Below are positions 24,067 through 33,332 of a DNA stretch of 64,000 nucleotides, piece by piece. The notes beneath the pieces were generated by a model. The model was given only the letters and a program-made list of their open reading frames with translations. It did no database searches and had not been told where the DNA came from. Source of the DNA: a virus; the IMG/VR virus record IMGVR_UViG_3300049172_000080, positions 1 to 64,000 of that record; one strand, written 5' to 3'. The translations under genes were made by a program, and so were the position numbers. The first letter of the stretch is position 1. Each line of letters starts with the position of its first letter.

Positions 24067-25149
24067 ATGCGCATACTGCTCACCGGTGCGGCGGGGTTCG
24101 TTGGGAGCCACGTTCTGCGACACCTGCTGACGCACACGGACTGGGACGTCGTCTGCCCGGTGTCCTTCCATCACAAGGGCCTGCCGGCGCGTATCGCCTC
24201 AGCCGTGTCCGACACGCAATGGGCGCACCGCGTGGACATTGTGCACTGGGACATGCGCGCTCCGGCCGACTCGTTGACGCTGCACGAGTTCGAGGACTGC
24301 GACGTGATCATGAACGTCGCCTCCGAGTCGCACGTCGACCGCTCGATAGCCAACCCGGTCCCGTTCGTGCAGAACAACGTGGCGTTGATGCTGAACGCCT
24401 TGGAGGTCGCGCGGGCTATCGAGCCCCGGCTGTTCCTCCAGATGTCCACAGACGAGGTGTACGGCCCGGCCTACGGAGAGCACCGGCACGCGGAGTGGGA
24501 GCCGGCCGTGCCGTCGAACCCGTACAGCGCGAGCAAGGCCGCGCAGGAGGCCATCGCCGTCAGCTACTGGCGTACCTACGGCGTACCGGTCGTCATCACG
24601 AACACGATGAACATCATCGGGGAGATGCAGGACGGGGAGAAGTACCTCCCGAAGATCATCAAGAGTCTTCGCGCGGGGCGGCCCGTCCCGGTGCACACCG
24701 CGCCCGACGGCACCCCCGGCTCCCGCTTCTACCTCCACGCGCGCAACCTGGCCGACGCCTGGCTGTACCTGACGCGCCGGTACACCGAAGACGAGCCTGA
24801 CGTGACCACCCTGAGTGGCGAGCGCATACGCATCGCCATGGGCCCGGCGCAGTACCGGGACGGCGCGTTCACCCGGCCCGAGCGGTACAACATCGTCGGT
24901 GAGCGCGAGGTGGACAACGTGGAGCTAGTGCACATGGTCGGTGGGGCCATGGGCCTGGACCCTGGCGTCGTGGACAACCTGATCGAACCCACCTCGTTCC
25001 ACGCCTCGCGGCCGGGGCACGACCTGCGCTACGCCCTGGACGGCTCCAAGCTCGACGCCCTCGGCTGGGAGCCGCCGGTGTCGCTGGAGAAGTCCATCGA
25101 GACCACCGTGCGCTGGTCGCTCGACAACCCGCTCTGGCTGGAGCTGTAG
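24067..25149 (+). CDS. NDP-sugar 4,6-dehydratase/epimerase (extended SDR, RmlB-like)
   Basis: LLTGAAGFVGSH Rossmann motif, MSTDEVYG, YSASKAAQE (YxxxK); 360 aa; isolated between two hairpins. Confidence 0.85.
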   Translation: MRILLTGAAGFVGSHVLRHLLTHTDWDVVCPVSFHHKGLPARIASAVSDTQWAHRVDIVHWDMRAPADSLTLHEFEDCDVIMNVASESHVDRSIANPVPFVQNNVALMLNALEVARAIEPRLFLQMSTDEVYGPAYGEHRHAEWEPAVPSNPYSASKAAQEAIAVSYWRTYGVPVVITNTMNIIGEMQDGEKYLPKIIKSLRAGRPVPVHTAPDGTPGSRFYLHARNLADAWLYLTRRYTEDEPDVTTLSGERIRIAMGPAQYRDGAFTRPERYNIVGEREVDNVELVHMVGGAMGLDPGVVDNLIEPTSFHASRPGHDLRYALDGSKLDALGWEPPVSLEKSIETTVRWSLDNPLWLEL

Positions 25150-25154
25150 GGCAC

Positions 25155-25178
25155 TTGATGGTTTAGCAAAACCATCAA
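25155..25178 (+). terminator. AT-rich hairpin containing a dyad copy (GGTTTAGCAAAACC, 25160-25173)
   Basis: Perfect 10-bp stem TTGATGGTTT/AAACCATCAA with a 4-nt loop, 6 nt after the SDR stop. Confidence 0.5.
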
Positions 25179-25183
25179 CCGGG

Positions 25184-25197
25184 GATTTAACTAAATG
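25184..25197 (+). promoter_or_regulatory. AT-rich dyad copy (GATTTAACTAAATG)
   Basis: Member of the 14-copy family; upstream of the triple-HTH gene. Confidence 0.45.
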
Positions 25198-25310
25198 AGA
25201 ATGTCCTGGCAGACCCGGTGATTCGTCCCGGGACGTCGCCGGTCGACAAGGGCCCCGGATCAGCCAGATTGACCCGGGGCCCACCCCAATCTACGGAGGG
25301 AGCAGCCCCG

Positions 25311-26132
25311 ATGGATACCGAGCCGCAGCCCGTCGTCCTGACCGAACGTCAACGCCGCGTGCTGTGGCTGCTGTCCGTGGGCCGCACTCGGGCAGAGATA
25401 GTCCCGCTCATCCCCGGCGAGACAGACGGAGGTGTCAGGGCGGCGTGCGCTCGTATCTACGTTCTCCTCGACTGTGCCACGGCCGCGCAGGCCGTCCGGA
25501 ACGGGTTGTTGGGCGGGCACATCGGCCCGTACGAAGACTGCGGCACCCTGGCCGCGTACCGTCGGCACATCAAGCGCGAGGAGCCGACCTGCCCCGCCTG
25601 CAAGCGCGGCAACCGCGAACGGGCCGAGACAGAGGCCGCCCTGCGCAACCGCCGCGTGCGGCTGAACGAAGCGGAGATCCGGCTGCTGAGGGCATTTGAT
25701 GCCGGACGCACCATGAGCCAGATCTGCACCGCCTGGGGCGTCCACCACCGCGTCGTGAAGAACCTGGCCACGTCCGCCTACGAGGCCCTCGGAGTGGCGC
25801 ACCTTCCGCAGGTGGTCCGGCGCGAGGCAGCGCTGCGCGAGGCCCGCATGCGGGGCCTGCTCGGGGTGCGACCTCCCGATCAGCCGACATCGACGGATCG
25901 GCAGATTTCGTTGTCGAACACGCACGTCAGAATCCTGCGGGAGCTGGAGACCGGGGTCAGCTTCTCCGTCGCCGCCCAGCAGTTGAAGATGCATCCAGGG
26001 ACCTTCTCATCGCGCGTGTCCGAGGCGTACAAGCGCCTTGGCGTGGACTGGGTCGACAAGCCCGCGCGCCGGGAGGCCGCCCTGCGCAAGGCCCGCGCAC
26101 TTGGCCTCCTCCCCGAACCGGCGACGACCTGA
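25311..26132 (+). CDS. DNA-binding protein with three LuxR/sigma-r4-type HTH repeats
   Basis: Start ATG 25311 after ACGGAGGGAG; LTERQRRVLWLLSVGRTRAEI, LNEAEIRLLRAFDAGRTMSQIC, LSNTHVRILRELETGVSFSVAAQQL; also a CPACKRG motif. Confidence 0.65.
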   Translation: MDTEPQPVVLTERQRRVLWLLSVGRTRAEIVPLIPGETDGGVRAACARIYVLLDCATAAQAVRNGLLGGHIGPYEDCGTLAAYRRHIKREEPTCPACKRGNRERAETEAALRNRRVRLNEAEIRLLRAFDAGRTMSQICTAWGVHHRVVKNLATSAYEALGVAHLPQVVRREAALREARMRGLLGVRPPDQPTSTDRQISLSNTHVRILRELETGVSFSVAAQQLKMHPGTFSSRVSEAYKRLGVDWVDKPARREAALRKARALGLLPEPATT

Positions 26133-27439
<1,307 letters not shown>

Positions 27440-27449
27440 CCCGCAGAGT

Positions 27450-27484
27450 GGAGCCCGTGCCGAGTACCAGCCGGCACGGGCTCC
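27450..27484 (+). terminator. hairpin terminator
   Basis: 13-bp stem GGAGCCCGTGCCG/CGGCACGGGCTCC, then CGTCGTGTTTAT. Confidence 0.7.
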
Positions 27485-27504
27485 GTCGTGTTTATACAAG
27501 AGAT

Positions 27505-27518
27505 GATTTAGGTAAACT
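27505..27518 (+). promoter_or_regulatory. AT-rich dyad copy (GATTTAGGTAAACT) upstream of the terminase
   Basis: Preceded by TGTTTATAC and TGA; within the 150-bp non-coding leader of terL. Confidence 0.45.
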
Positions 27519-27637
27519 GACTCTTGAGACCGGGCTCGCTACAGCCCGACTTCAGGAACACCGCCCCGACGGGTTTCCGGGACGGCGTTTCGCGTTCTCC
27601 AGCGGCCTGCCACCCTGCCAGGGAGGCAGGCCGCTTT

Positions 27638-29893
27638 GTGCTCCGGAAACCGGCGGGCGCAGCTCCACCGACAATGGCCCCCATGGTGGACCGGATGCTG
27701 AGCCGCGCGGCGGCCGAGAAGCTGCTGATGCATGCGCGCCTGGTGACCGAGCCGCGCTGGACTCCGCTGCCCCACCAGGTTCCGCCCGAGGGCGACTGGT
27801 ACGGATGGCTGCTGCTGGCGGGCCGTGGCGCCGGGAAGACGGACGCCTGCGCGAGGTACGTGCACGAGCACGTCATGGGCCCGCCGTGCCTGCCCGGCCC
27901 CATCCCGCACTGGATAGGCATCATCGCGCCCACCCTCGGCGACGCGGCCACCTCCTGCTTCGCCGGTCCGTCCGGCCTTCGCGTGCACAGCCCCGAGGCG
28001 CACATGACCACCCGCCAAGGCGGCACGATCATCAAGTGGCCCAACGGCTCCGAGGCGAAGGTGTTCGGCGCGCACAGCCCCGAGGACATCGAGCGTCTGC
28101 GGTCCGGCGGTAACCGCTGCGTGGCGGAGGGCACGCTGGTGCGCACCGAGCACGGGGAGCGGCCCATCGAGACCATCCGGCCCGGGGACCGCGTGTGGAC
28201 CCGCAACGGCCTGCGCTCCGTGCTGGCGGTCTGGGACAACGGCGTGAAGGACGTGGTGCGTTACGACCACGACGCCGGGCCTACGTGGCTCACCCCGGAC
28301 CACAAGGTAGCCACGGCTGACGGCTGGAAACCCGTTTCGCTCGTCCAGCCAACGGAGACAATCTTTACATGGGGAAATACGGGGAATCGATACGTTACGA
28401 CGGCATCACGTGGCACGCCGGACCGGACGACTACTACCGGAGCACGCGCCACGGTCTGCTGCACCGGTACATGTACGCCCGCGAGGTCGGCCCGATACCC
28501 GCAGGGATGCAGGTGCACCACCGCAACCACGACAAGCGGGACAACCGCGTCAGCAATTTCGTACTGCTCGCCCCTGGCCAGCACTGGCACGAGCACCACG
28601 GCGAGCGCGGGGAAGACTGGCACAGCAAGGGCGGTCGGGCGACCTGGGACCATGCGCAGTACCGGGAGTTCACCTGCCAGCGGTGTGGCGAGGTCTTCCG
28701 CTCCCGAGGGACGACCGGAGCGCGGTACTGCTCCGGAGCCTGCCGGGAGGCTGTTGCTCCGTCACGAACACGGGAAGAACGGGTGTGCAGCGTGTGCGGC
28801 GACACGTTCGAGTGCCAGCGCCGGAACCCGACCCGCACCTGTTCGCGCCGGTGCACTTCGGTCCTCGCGTACCAGTCGCGCCGCGCGTGTGTACGACCTA
28901 ACGGTTGAGCACGATCACGAGTTCTTCGCGGGCGGCCTGCTCGTCTCCAACTGCCTGGCTTGGCTGGAGGAACTGGCCGCCTGGCGCTACCTGGACGACA
29001 CGTGGGACCAGATGCGGTTCGGTCTGCGTGTCGGCCCGCGCCCGCACTGGATCGCATCCACCACCCCGAAGCCCCGGACCCTCATCAAGCGCCTGGCCGC
29101 TGGCGAGATAGCCAACGTGGTGCGCACGCACGCGTCCATGTACGACAACCCTCACCTGCCCGAGGACATTCGGGCCGCGCTGGAGGATGCGTACGCCGGG
29201 ACGCAGATCGGCCGCCAGGAGCTGCACGCCGAGATTATCGACGCCGACGAAAACGCGCTGTGGACCCGAGGCACGATCGACGACCACCGGGTGCGCCCGG
29301 GTGACGTGCCACACCTCATCCGCAAGTCCATCGGCGTGGACCCGTCGGGCGGCCGGGGCGAGCAGGGCATCGTCGTCGTGGGCAAGGCGATGGTGTCGCA
29401 GGAGCCTGACGATCCGAGCCGGCCGCTGAAGCAGCGCATGCCGCTGGCGCACGGCTACGTCCTCGCCGACCGCACGTGCCACCTCTCCCCGGACGGCTGG
29501 GGCCGCCGCGCGGTGCAGGCAGCCGTCGACTACGAGGCGGACGACATCTGCGTGGAGGTCAACTTCGGCGGGGACATGGCCGTCCACACCATCCGGGCCG
29601 CCGCCGACGCCATGGGCATCAACATCCCGATCCGCACCGTGCGCGCGACGCGGGGGAAGAAGGTGCGCGCGGAGCCGGTCAGCGCGCTGAGTGAGCAGGG
29701 CCGTTGGCACATGGTGGGGGAGTTCCCTGAGCTGGAGGACCAGATGTGCACCTGGTACGACGAGCTGGACTGGAGCCCCGACCGGCTGGACGCGATGGTC
29801 TGGCCGGCCTGGCACCAGCGCATCGTGAAGGCGACGATGACCGGCACGACGTCGTCCAAGGGCCTGGCCACAGCGGCCCGCACAATCGGGTGA
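27638..29893 (+). CDS. terL: terminase large subunit, interrupted by an intein
   Basis: Walker A LLLAGRGAGKTDA; Walker B-like CLAWLEELAAW after intein removal; C-terminal nuclease-like region; start ambiguous (GTG 27638 after GGGAGG, or ATG 27674). Confidence 0.85.
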   Translation: MLRKPAGAAPPTMAPMVDRMLSRAAAEKLLMHARLVTEPRWTPLPHQVPPEGDWYGWLLLAGRGAGKTDACARYVHEHVMGPPCLPGPIPHWIGIIAPTLGDAATSCFAGPSGLRVHSPEAHMTTRQGGTIIKWPNGSEAKVFGAHSPEDIERLRSGGNRCVAEGTLVRTEHGERPIETIRPGDRVWTRNGLRSVLAVWDNGVKDVVRYDHDAGPTWLTPDHKVATADGWKPVSLVQPTETIFTWGNTGNRYVTTASRGTPDRTTTTGARATVCCTGTCTPARSARYPQGCRCTTATTTSGTTASAISYCSPLASTGTSTTASAGKTGTARAVGRPGTMRSTGSSPASGVARSSAPEGRPERGTAPEPAGRLLLRHEHGKNGCAACAATRSSASAGTRPAPVRAGALRSSRTSRAARVYDLTVEHDHEFFAGGLLVSNCLAWLEELAAWRYLDDTWDQMRFGLRVGPRPHWIASTTPKPRTLIKRLAAGEIANVVRTHASMYDNPHLPEDIRAALEDAYAGTQIGRQELHAEIIDADENALWTRGTIDDHRVRPGDVPHLIRKSIGVDPSGGRGEQGIVVVGKAMVSQEPDDPSRPLKQRMPLAHGYVLADRTCHLSPDGWGRRAVQAAVDYEADDICVEVNFGGDMAVHTIRAAADAMGINIPIRTVRATRGKKVRAEPVSALSEQGRWHMVGEFPELEDQMCTWYDELDWSPDRLDAMVWPAWHQRIVKATMTGTTSSKGLATAARTIG
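28118..28951 (+). mobile_element. intein (278 codons) in terL
   Basis: Cys1 CVAEGTLVRT (block A), LTPDHKVATADGW (block B), VYDLTVEHDHEFFAGG (F), LLVSN followed by Cys+1 (G); inserted immediately before the ATPase Walker B motif. Confidence 0.8.
28369..28908 (+). CDS. HNH endonuclease ORF nested in the intein in a different frame
   Basis: 179-aa ORF with its own ATG; GMQVHHRNHDKRDNRVSNFVLL..HWHEHH HNH core plus CQRCG..CSGAC and CSVCG..CSRRC pairs; the terminase frame over the same DNA is T/A/S/G/R low-complexity. Confidence 0.7.
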   Translation: MGKYGESIRYDGITWHAGPDDYYRSTRHGLLHRYMYAREVGPIPAGMQVHHRNHDKRDNRVSNFVLLAPGQHWHEHHGERGEDWHSKGGRATWDHAQYREFTCQRCGEVFRSRGTTGARYCSGACREAVAPSRTREERVCSVCGDTFECQRRNPTRTCSRRCTSVLAYQSRRACVRPNG

Positions 29894-29900
29894 CGCGGGG

Positions 29901-29935
29901 TTGTCCGGTCGCCGGAGCCATGGTTTAATTAATTC
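29901..29935 (+). promoter_or_regulatory. consensus early promoter with embedded AT-rich dyad
   Basis: TTGTCC (29901-29906), 17 nt, TTTAAT (29924-29929); dyad GGTTTAATTAATTC 29922-29935; GACCAAGGAA at 29947. Confidence 0.7.
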
Positions 29936-29963
29936 ATCGGAATGACGACCAAGGAAGCGGACG

Positions 29964-30338
29964 ATGAAAATGACCAAGGGCCAGCAGTTCGCGAAGACCA
30001 TGCGGATCACCCTCGACATCGGCACCCGCACCCGTCGCTACCGCAAGGGCGTCGACCTGCACGCCGCGATCCTGGATGCGATCAACGAGACCAACCTCTA
30101 CCCAGGCTGCCGTAGCGAGCAAACGGAAGCCATCCTCCGCACCGCCTACGGGGCCTGGATGTCCTACCAGAAGCACATTGCGGGCTACCGCGTTGACGGT
30201 GCCCTGATCGCCCACGTCAAGGCTTTGACTCCGTACCGGTTCTGCGCCCTGCTCGGCGACATGGTCGACGCCGACATCACCAACGTCGGCGAGGGCGAAC
30301 AGTTCTTCGTACAGATGCGCGCGGAGCTGGCCGCTTGA
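29964..30338 (+). CDS. hypothetical protein
   Basis: 124-aa ORF with its own promoter and terminator. Confidence 0.7.
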   Translation: MKMTKGQQFAKTMRITLDIGTRTRRYRKGVDLHAAILDAINETNLYPGCRSEQTEAILRTAYGAWMSYQKHIAGYRVDGALIAHVKALTPYRFCALLGDMVDADITNVGEGEQFFVQMRAELAA

Positions 30339-30351
30339 CCACCTGAACCCA

Positions 30352-30383
30352 GAGCCCCGGCGCCCGCGCGGCCCGGGGCTTCG
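30352..30383 (+). terminator. hairpin terminator (GCCCCGG family)
   Basis: GCCCCGG/CCGGGGC stem followed by TTCG. Confidence 0.55.
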
Positions 30384-30454
30384 CCGTGCTCCGAGATGGT
30401 GATTCGGCGGATTCGCCCTACCCTGCCCCGGGTCCACTTCCTCAGGAGGAATTC

Positions 30455-30820
30455 ATGGGCAAGGTCTACGGGCGGGAGCCGGCTGTGTGGCTGGCGGCCG
30501 TCGGAGCGGTGTGGCAGATCCTGAGCGCGTTCGGCCTCGGGTTCGACCCGCAGCTCCAATCCATCATCACCGCCATCGTCGCGGCCGTGCTCGGCATCAT
30601 CGTCGCCGTGCAGGTGGGCGACGGGATCATCGCAGCCCTCAACGGCCTCGTGGTCGCCGGGGTGTCGCTCGTCGCGTACTTCGGGTTCGACTGGAGCGCG
30701 GAGGCGCAGGCGCAGCTCGTCGGTGCCGTAATGCTGCTCGTCGCCTGGTTCGTGACCCGGCCGAACGTCACCGCGCCGCAGCCGGCCGAGGTGTCCCCTC
30801 CGGGCCGTCTCGTTGCTTGA
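30455..30820 (+). CDS. integral membrane protein (3-4 predicted TM helices)
   Basis: ATG 30455 after AGGAGGA; long hydrophobic runs (AVWLAAVGAVWQILSAFGLGF, IITAIVAAVLGIIVAV, VVAGVSLVAYFGF, LVGAVMLLVAWFV). Confidence 0.65.
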   Translation: MGKVYGREPAVWLAAVGAVWQILSAFGLGFDPQLQSIITAIVAAVLGIIVAVQVGDGIIAALNGLVVAGVSLVAYFGFDWSAEAQAQLVGAVMLLVAWFVTRPNVTAPQPAEVSPPGRLVA

Positions 30821-30935
30821 CGCAACCAGGTCACCAGGCGCAACGTCTCTCCTACGGCGGGGCGCTCGGCCTGGTGACCACCTCCAACCGTCGCCCGACA
30901 GGGCGTCCCGTCCACATGACCATGGAGCCGTGACC

Positions 30936-31367
30936 GTGCCTGTCTGGCTGCTCATCGCCTGCATGATCCTCGCGAACTACCGCGCCGCCCGCCTCGCGGT
31001 GAAGGACACGTTCCCGCCGGTGTTGTGGCTGCGCGACCGGCTCGCCGGCGGGTGGCGCCCGCTGACGGAACCGGAGCAGGAGAAGTGGGCCCCGGCGCAG
31101 CCGTCCGACGATGAGCCGTTCATCCGTCACCCCGCCCTCGGCACGTTGACGCTCATCGACGGCCGGACGAACCGCTACATACGTCGGGCGAAGTGGTCGC
31201 CGTACTGGCTGGGGGAGCTGGTGAGTTGCCCGTGGTGCGTGTCCGGGTGGACAGCCGCCGCGCTCACCGCAGCCGTCGCCCTCACTGTCGGCGTCTCGGC
31301 GCCGTTCCTCGTCTGGGGCGCGGTGTGGGGCTCCTCCGCTCTACTCGCCTCGCGGGAGTGGGCCTGA
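30936..31367 (+). CDS. membrane protein, DUF1360-like
   Basis: GTG 30936 after GGAG; N-terminal TM, SCPWCVSGW motif and a C-terminal TM pair; family name from recollection. Confidence 0.55.
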   Translation: MPVWLLIACMILANYRAARLAVKDTFPPVLWLRDRLAGGWRPLTEPEQEKWAPAQPSDDEPFIRHPALGTLTLIDGRTNRYIRRAKWSPYWLGELVSCPWCVSGWTAAALTAAVALTVGVSAPFLVWGAVWGSSALLASREWA

Positions 31368-31412
31368 CCGGAATCACCCCGGACTGTCGGCGGCAGCCGA
31401 TAACCTGCGGCC

Positions 31413-31664
31413 ATGGACGTCACCAAGCACCCCGACGGCAGTTACAGCCCGCCGTACGACGCGGACTGGCCACCCGACATTCAACTTCAGTGGACTGCGG
31501 GTGTCGTCGCTGCCGAGACCGGGCTTCGTATCAACGTCACCGACCTCGGCGCAGACACGTACGCCTTGCGAGTCGGCAGCAGCGGGCAGTCCCCGATGGA
31601 CGTCCGTTACGCGTATGCCTTCCTGGACGGAGTCCAGACCGGAGCGCGGGAGGCCCGACGGTGA
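31413..31664 (+). CDS. hypothetical protein
   Basis: 83-aa ORF. Confidence 0.55.
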   Translation: MDVTKHPDGSYSPPYDADWPPDIQLQWTAGVVAAETGLRINVTDLGADTYALRVGSSGQSPMDVRYAYAFLDGVQTGAREARR

Positions 31665-31699
31665 CCCCGGTTGTCAGTGCCTCGCGGTAGCTTCCCGAC

Positions 31700-32950
31700 A
31701 TGACCGACACCACCACATCGCTCCCGGTCTACGAGCGCCGGGACATCCCCGAGCAGCACCGGCACCTGCGCACGATGACGGAGCTGAAAGCCGACCGCCT
31801 GAAGCCGGCCGAAGGGCAGCAGCCCGTGGCACTGGTCCGGGTGTACCGGCGCGGCCACGGCTGGGGCGAATTCCCCCTGTATGACCCCGCTGGTGCGGCG
31901 AAGATGCGCCCGCTGTCCGCCAAGCAGCAGCGTGCCATCGAGGCCCGGCGGACCTGCCCGGAGTGCAATGAGGTGCGCGGATACGTCGTCTACATCAGGT
32001 GTAACGACTGCCGGGCGAAGGCGCAGCAGGAGGCGCAGGACCGGCAGGCGCGCACCTGCGAGCGGTGCAGGCGCGAGGCCGGGGCCGCGCTGCCGAAGGA
32101 CGTGCATGGCTGGCCGGCGTGCGATCCGTGCCGGATCCGCTACGCCATTTGCAAGCAACTCGCCGATGAGCGAGCGGCCGTGTGGCGCCGTACCTGCCCC
32201 GGATATCCGGGCCACGACTGCACGGTGGAGACCGCGACGGATGACGAGATCACCGAAGCATGGAACGCCGGGGACTACACCGGGCCCTGGCGGTGTCCGC
32301 CGTGCGGCGAGGCGTATGAGCGGTGGTACGAGGCTCAGCGCCACCAGGTCGGGGAGACGCGGGAGCGGCAGGTGGCCGGGCTGTCCGCATGGGCGCGGGA
32401 CGCTCTCGCCGACCCGGCCGTGGTCGTCCTGGACACGGAGACGACCGGGCTGCACGACGGGGCACGCATCGTCGACCTGGCTGTGCTGACCGTCGGCGGG
32501 GACGTCCTCGTGAACACGTTGCTCGACCCGGGCGAGCCGATCCCGGCCGAGGCGACGGACATCCACGGCATCACCGACGTGGACGTCCAGGGCCAGCCCC
32601 GGTTCGGGGACGTCCTGGTGCAGCTCACCGGGGCGCTCGTCAACCGCCGGTGTCTGATCTACAACGACACGTTCGACGTCGGCCGGCTGCGCCACGAACT
32701 GACGATGCACTACCGCGAGGCCGGCCACGGCGACCCGGCTGCCTCGGCAGCCGCGTGGCTGGAGACGATGCGGTTCGAGGACGTGATGATGCCGTACTCG
32801 GACTGGTACGGGGAGTGGTCGGACTACCACGGGAACTACTGCTGGCAGCCGCTGTTCGGCGGGGACCACCGGGCCGCGTCGGACTGCCGCGCGGTGCTGG
32901 ACCGACTGCGCGAGATGGCGGCTGGGGTTGCTGACCCGGCTGAGGCATGA
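31700..32950 (+). CDS. DnaQ-like DEDDh 3'-5' exonuclease with a Cys-rich N-terminal region
   Basis: VVLDTETTGL (Exo I), YNDTFDVGRL (Exo II), HRAASDC (Exo III); N-terminal CPECN..CNDC..CERC..CDPC pairs. Confidence 0.8.
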   Translation: MTDTTTSLPVYERRDIPEQHRHLRTMTELKADRLKPAEGQQPVALVRVYRRGHGWGEFPLYDPAGAAKMRPLSAKQQRAIEARRTCPECNEVRGYVVYIRCNDCRAKAQQEAQDRQARTCERCRREAGAALPKDVHGWPACDPCRIRYAICKQLADERAAVWRRTCPGYPGHDCTVETATDDEITEAWNAGDYTGPWRCPPCGEAYERWYEAQRHQVGETRERQVAGLSAWARDALADPAVVVLDTETTGLHDGARIVDLAVLTVGGDVLVNTLLDPGEPIPAEATDIHGITDVDVQGQPRFGDVLVQLTGALVNRRCLIYNDTFDVGRLRHELTMHYREAGHGDPAASAAAWLETMRFEDVMMPYSDWYGEWSDYHGNYCWQPLFGGDHRAASDCRAVLDRLREMAAGVADPAEA

Positions 32951-32962
32951 TTTAATCAAATC
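32928..32962 (+). promoter_or_regulatory. consensus early promoter with embedded AT-rich dyad
   Basis: TTGCTG (32928-32933), 17 nt, TTTAAT (32951-32956); dyad GATTTAATCAAATC 32949-32962; overlaps the exonuclease stop; GACCAAGGAA at 32972. Confidence 0.65.
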
Positions 32963-32993
32963 AAGAACACCGACCAAGGAACGAGGACTAGAC

Positions 32994-33281
32994 ATGGACG
33001 AAGCGCAGGCAGCGTTGGAAGGCGCGATCCGCAAAGCTGTGCCGGGGGACGGGGTGGACGCGATCGTCAACCTGATCGGCCCGCTGGTGGACGAGATTCG
33101 CCGCGACCAAGCCAAACGGGACGCTGACGTGCTGCGGCGGATGTCCGAGCGCAGCCCGAACACCACGCCGCCCCGGGGCGGCACGAACAGCCGCATGGTC
33201 TTCGGCACCGCTGCGCAGATGCTGGACCCCGACGGGGAGGGTTGGGGGCTGAACCTCCCGGACCACCTCAAGGACGCCTGA
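32994..33281 (+). CDS. hypothetical protein
   Basis: 95 aa from ATG 32994. Confidence 0.6.
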   Translation: MDEAQAALEGAIRKAVPGDGVDAIVNLIGPLVDEIRRDQAKRDADVLRRMSERSPNTTPPRGGTNSRMVFGTAAQMLDPDGEGWGLNLPDHLKDA

Positions 33282-33297
33282 CCCAGACCGCAGACCG

Positions 33298-33323
33298 GCC
33301 CCGGAGTCTCGTGACTCCGGGGC
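33298..33323. terminator. bidirectional hairpin terminator between convergent genes
   Basis: 11-bp stem GCCCCGGAGTC/GACTCCGGGGC, 4-nt loop, then TTCGTCGTG. Confidence 0.7.
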
Positions 33324-33332
33324 TTCGTCGTG

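Noticed and set aside
25218-25310. Upstream GTG/ATG start for the triple-HTH gene (ORF track start 25218)
   Set aside because: That extension would run through a GGGCCCCGG/CCGGGGCCC hairpin (25250-25282) and lacks an SD. ATG 25311 has ACGGAGGGAG upstream.
25311-26132. Triple-HTH protein as the small terminase because it lies upstream of terL
   Set aside because: Two unrelated genes and a terminator separate it from terL. Its three LuxR-type repeats look like a transcription factor. The small terminase remains unassigned, and 22769-23401 is an equally weak candidate.
27485-27637. cos or pac site in the 150-bp non-coding leader of the terminase gene
   Set aside because: It contains only short, weak inverted repeats (CGGGCT/AGCCCG). 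Nothing in the sequence alone identifies genome termini. This needs end-sequencing data.
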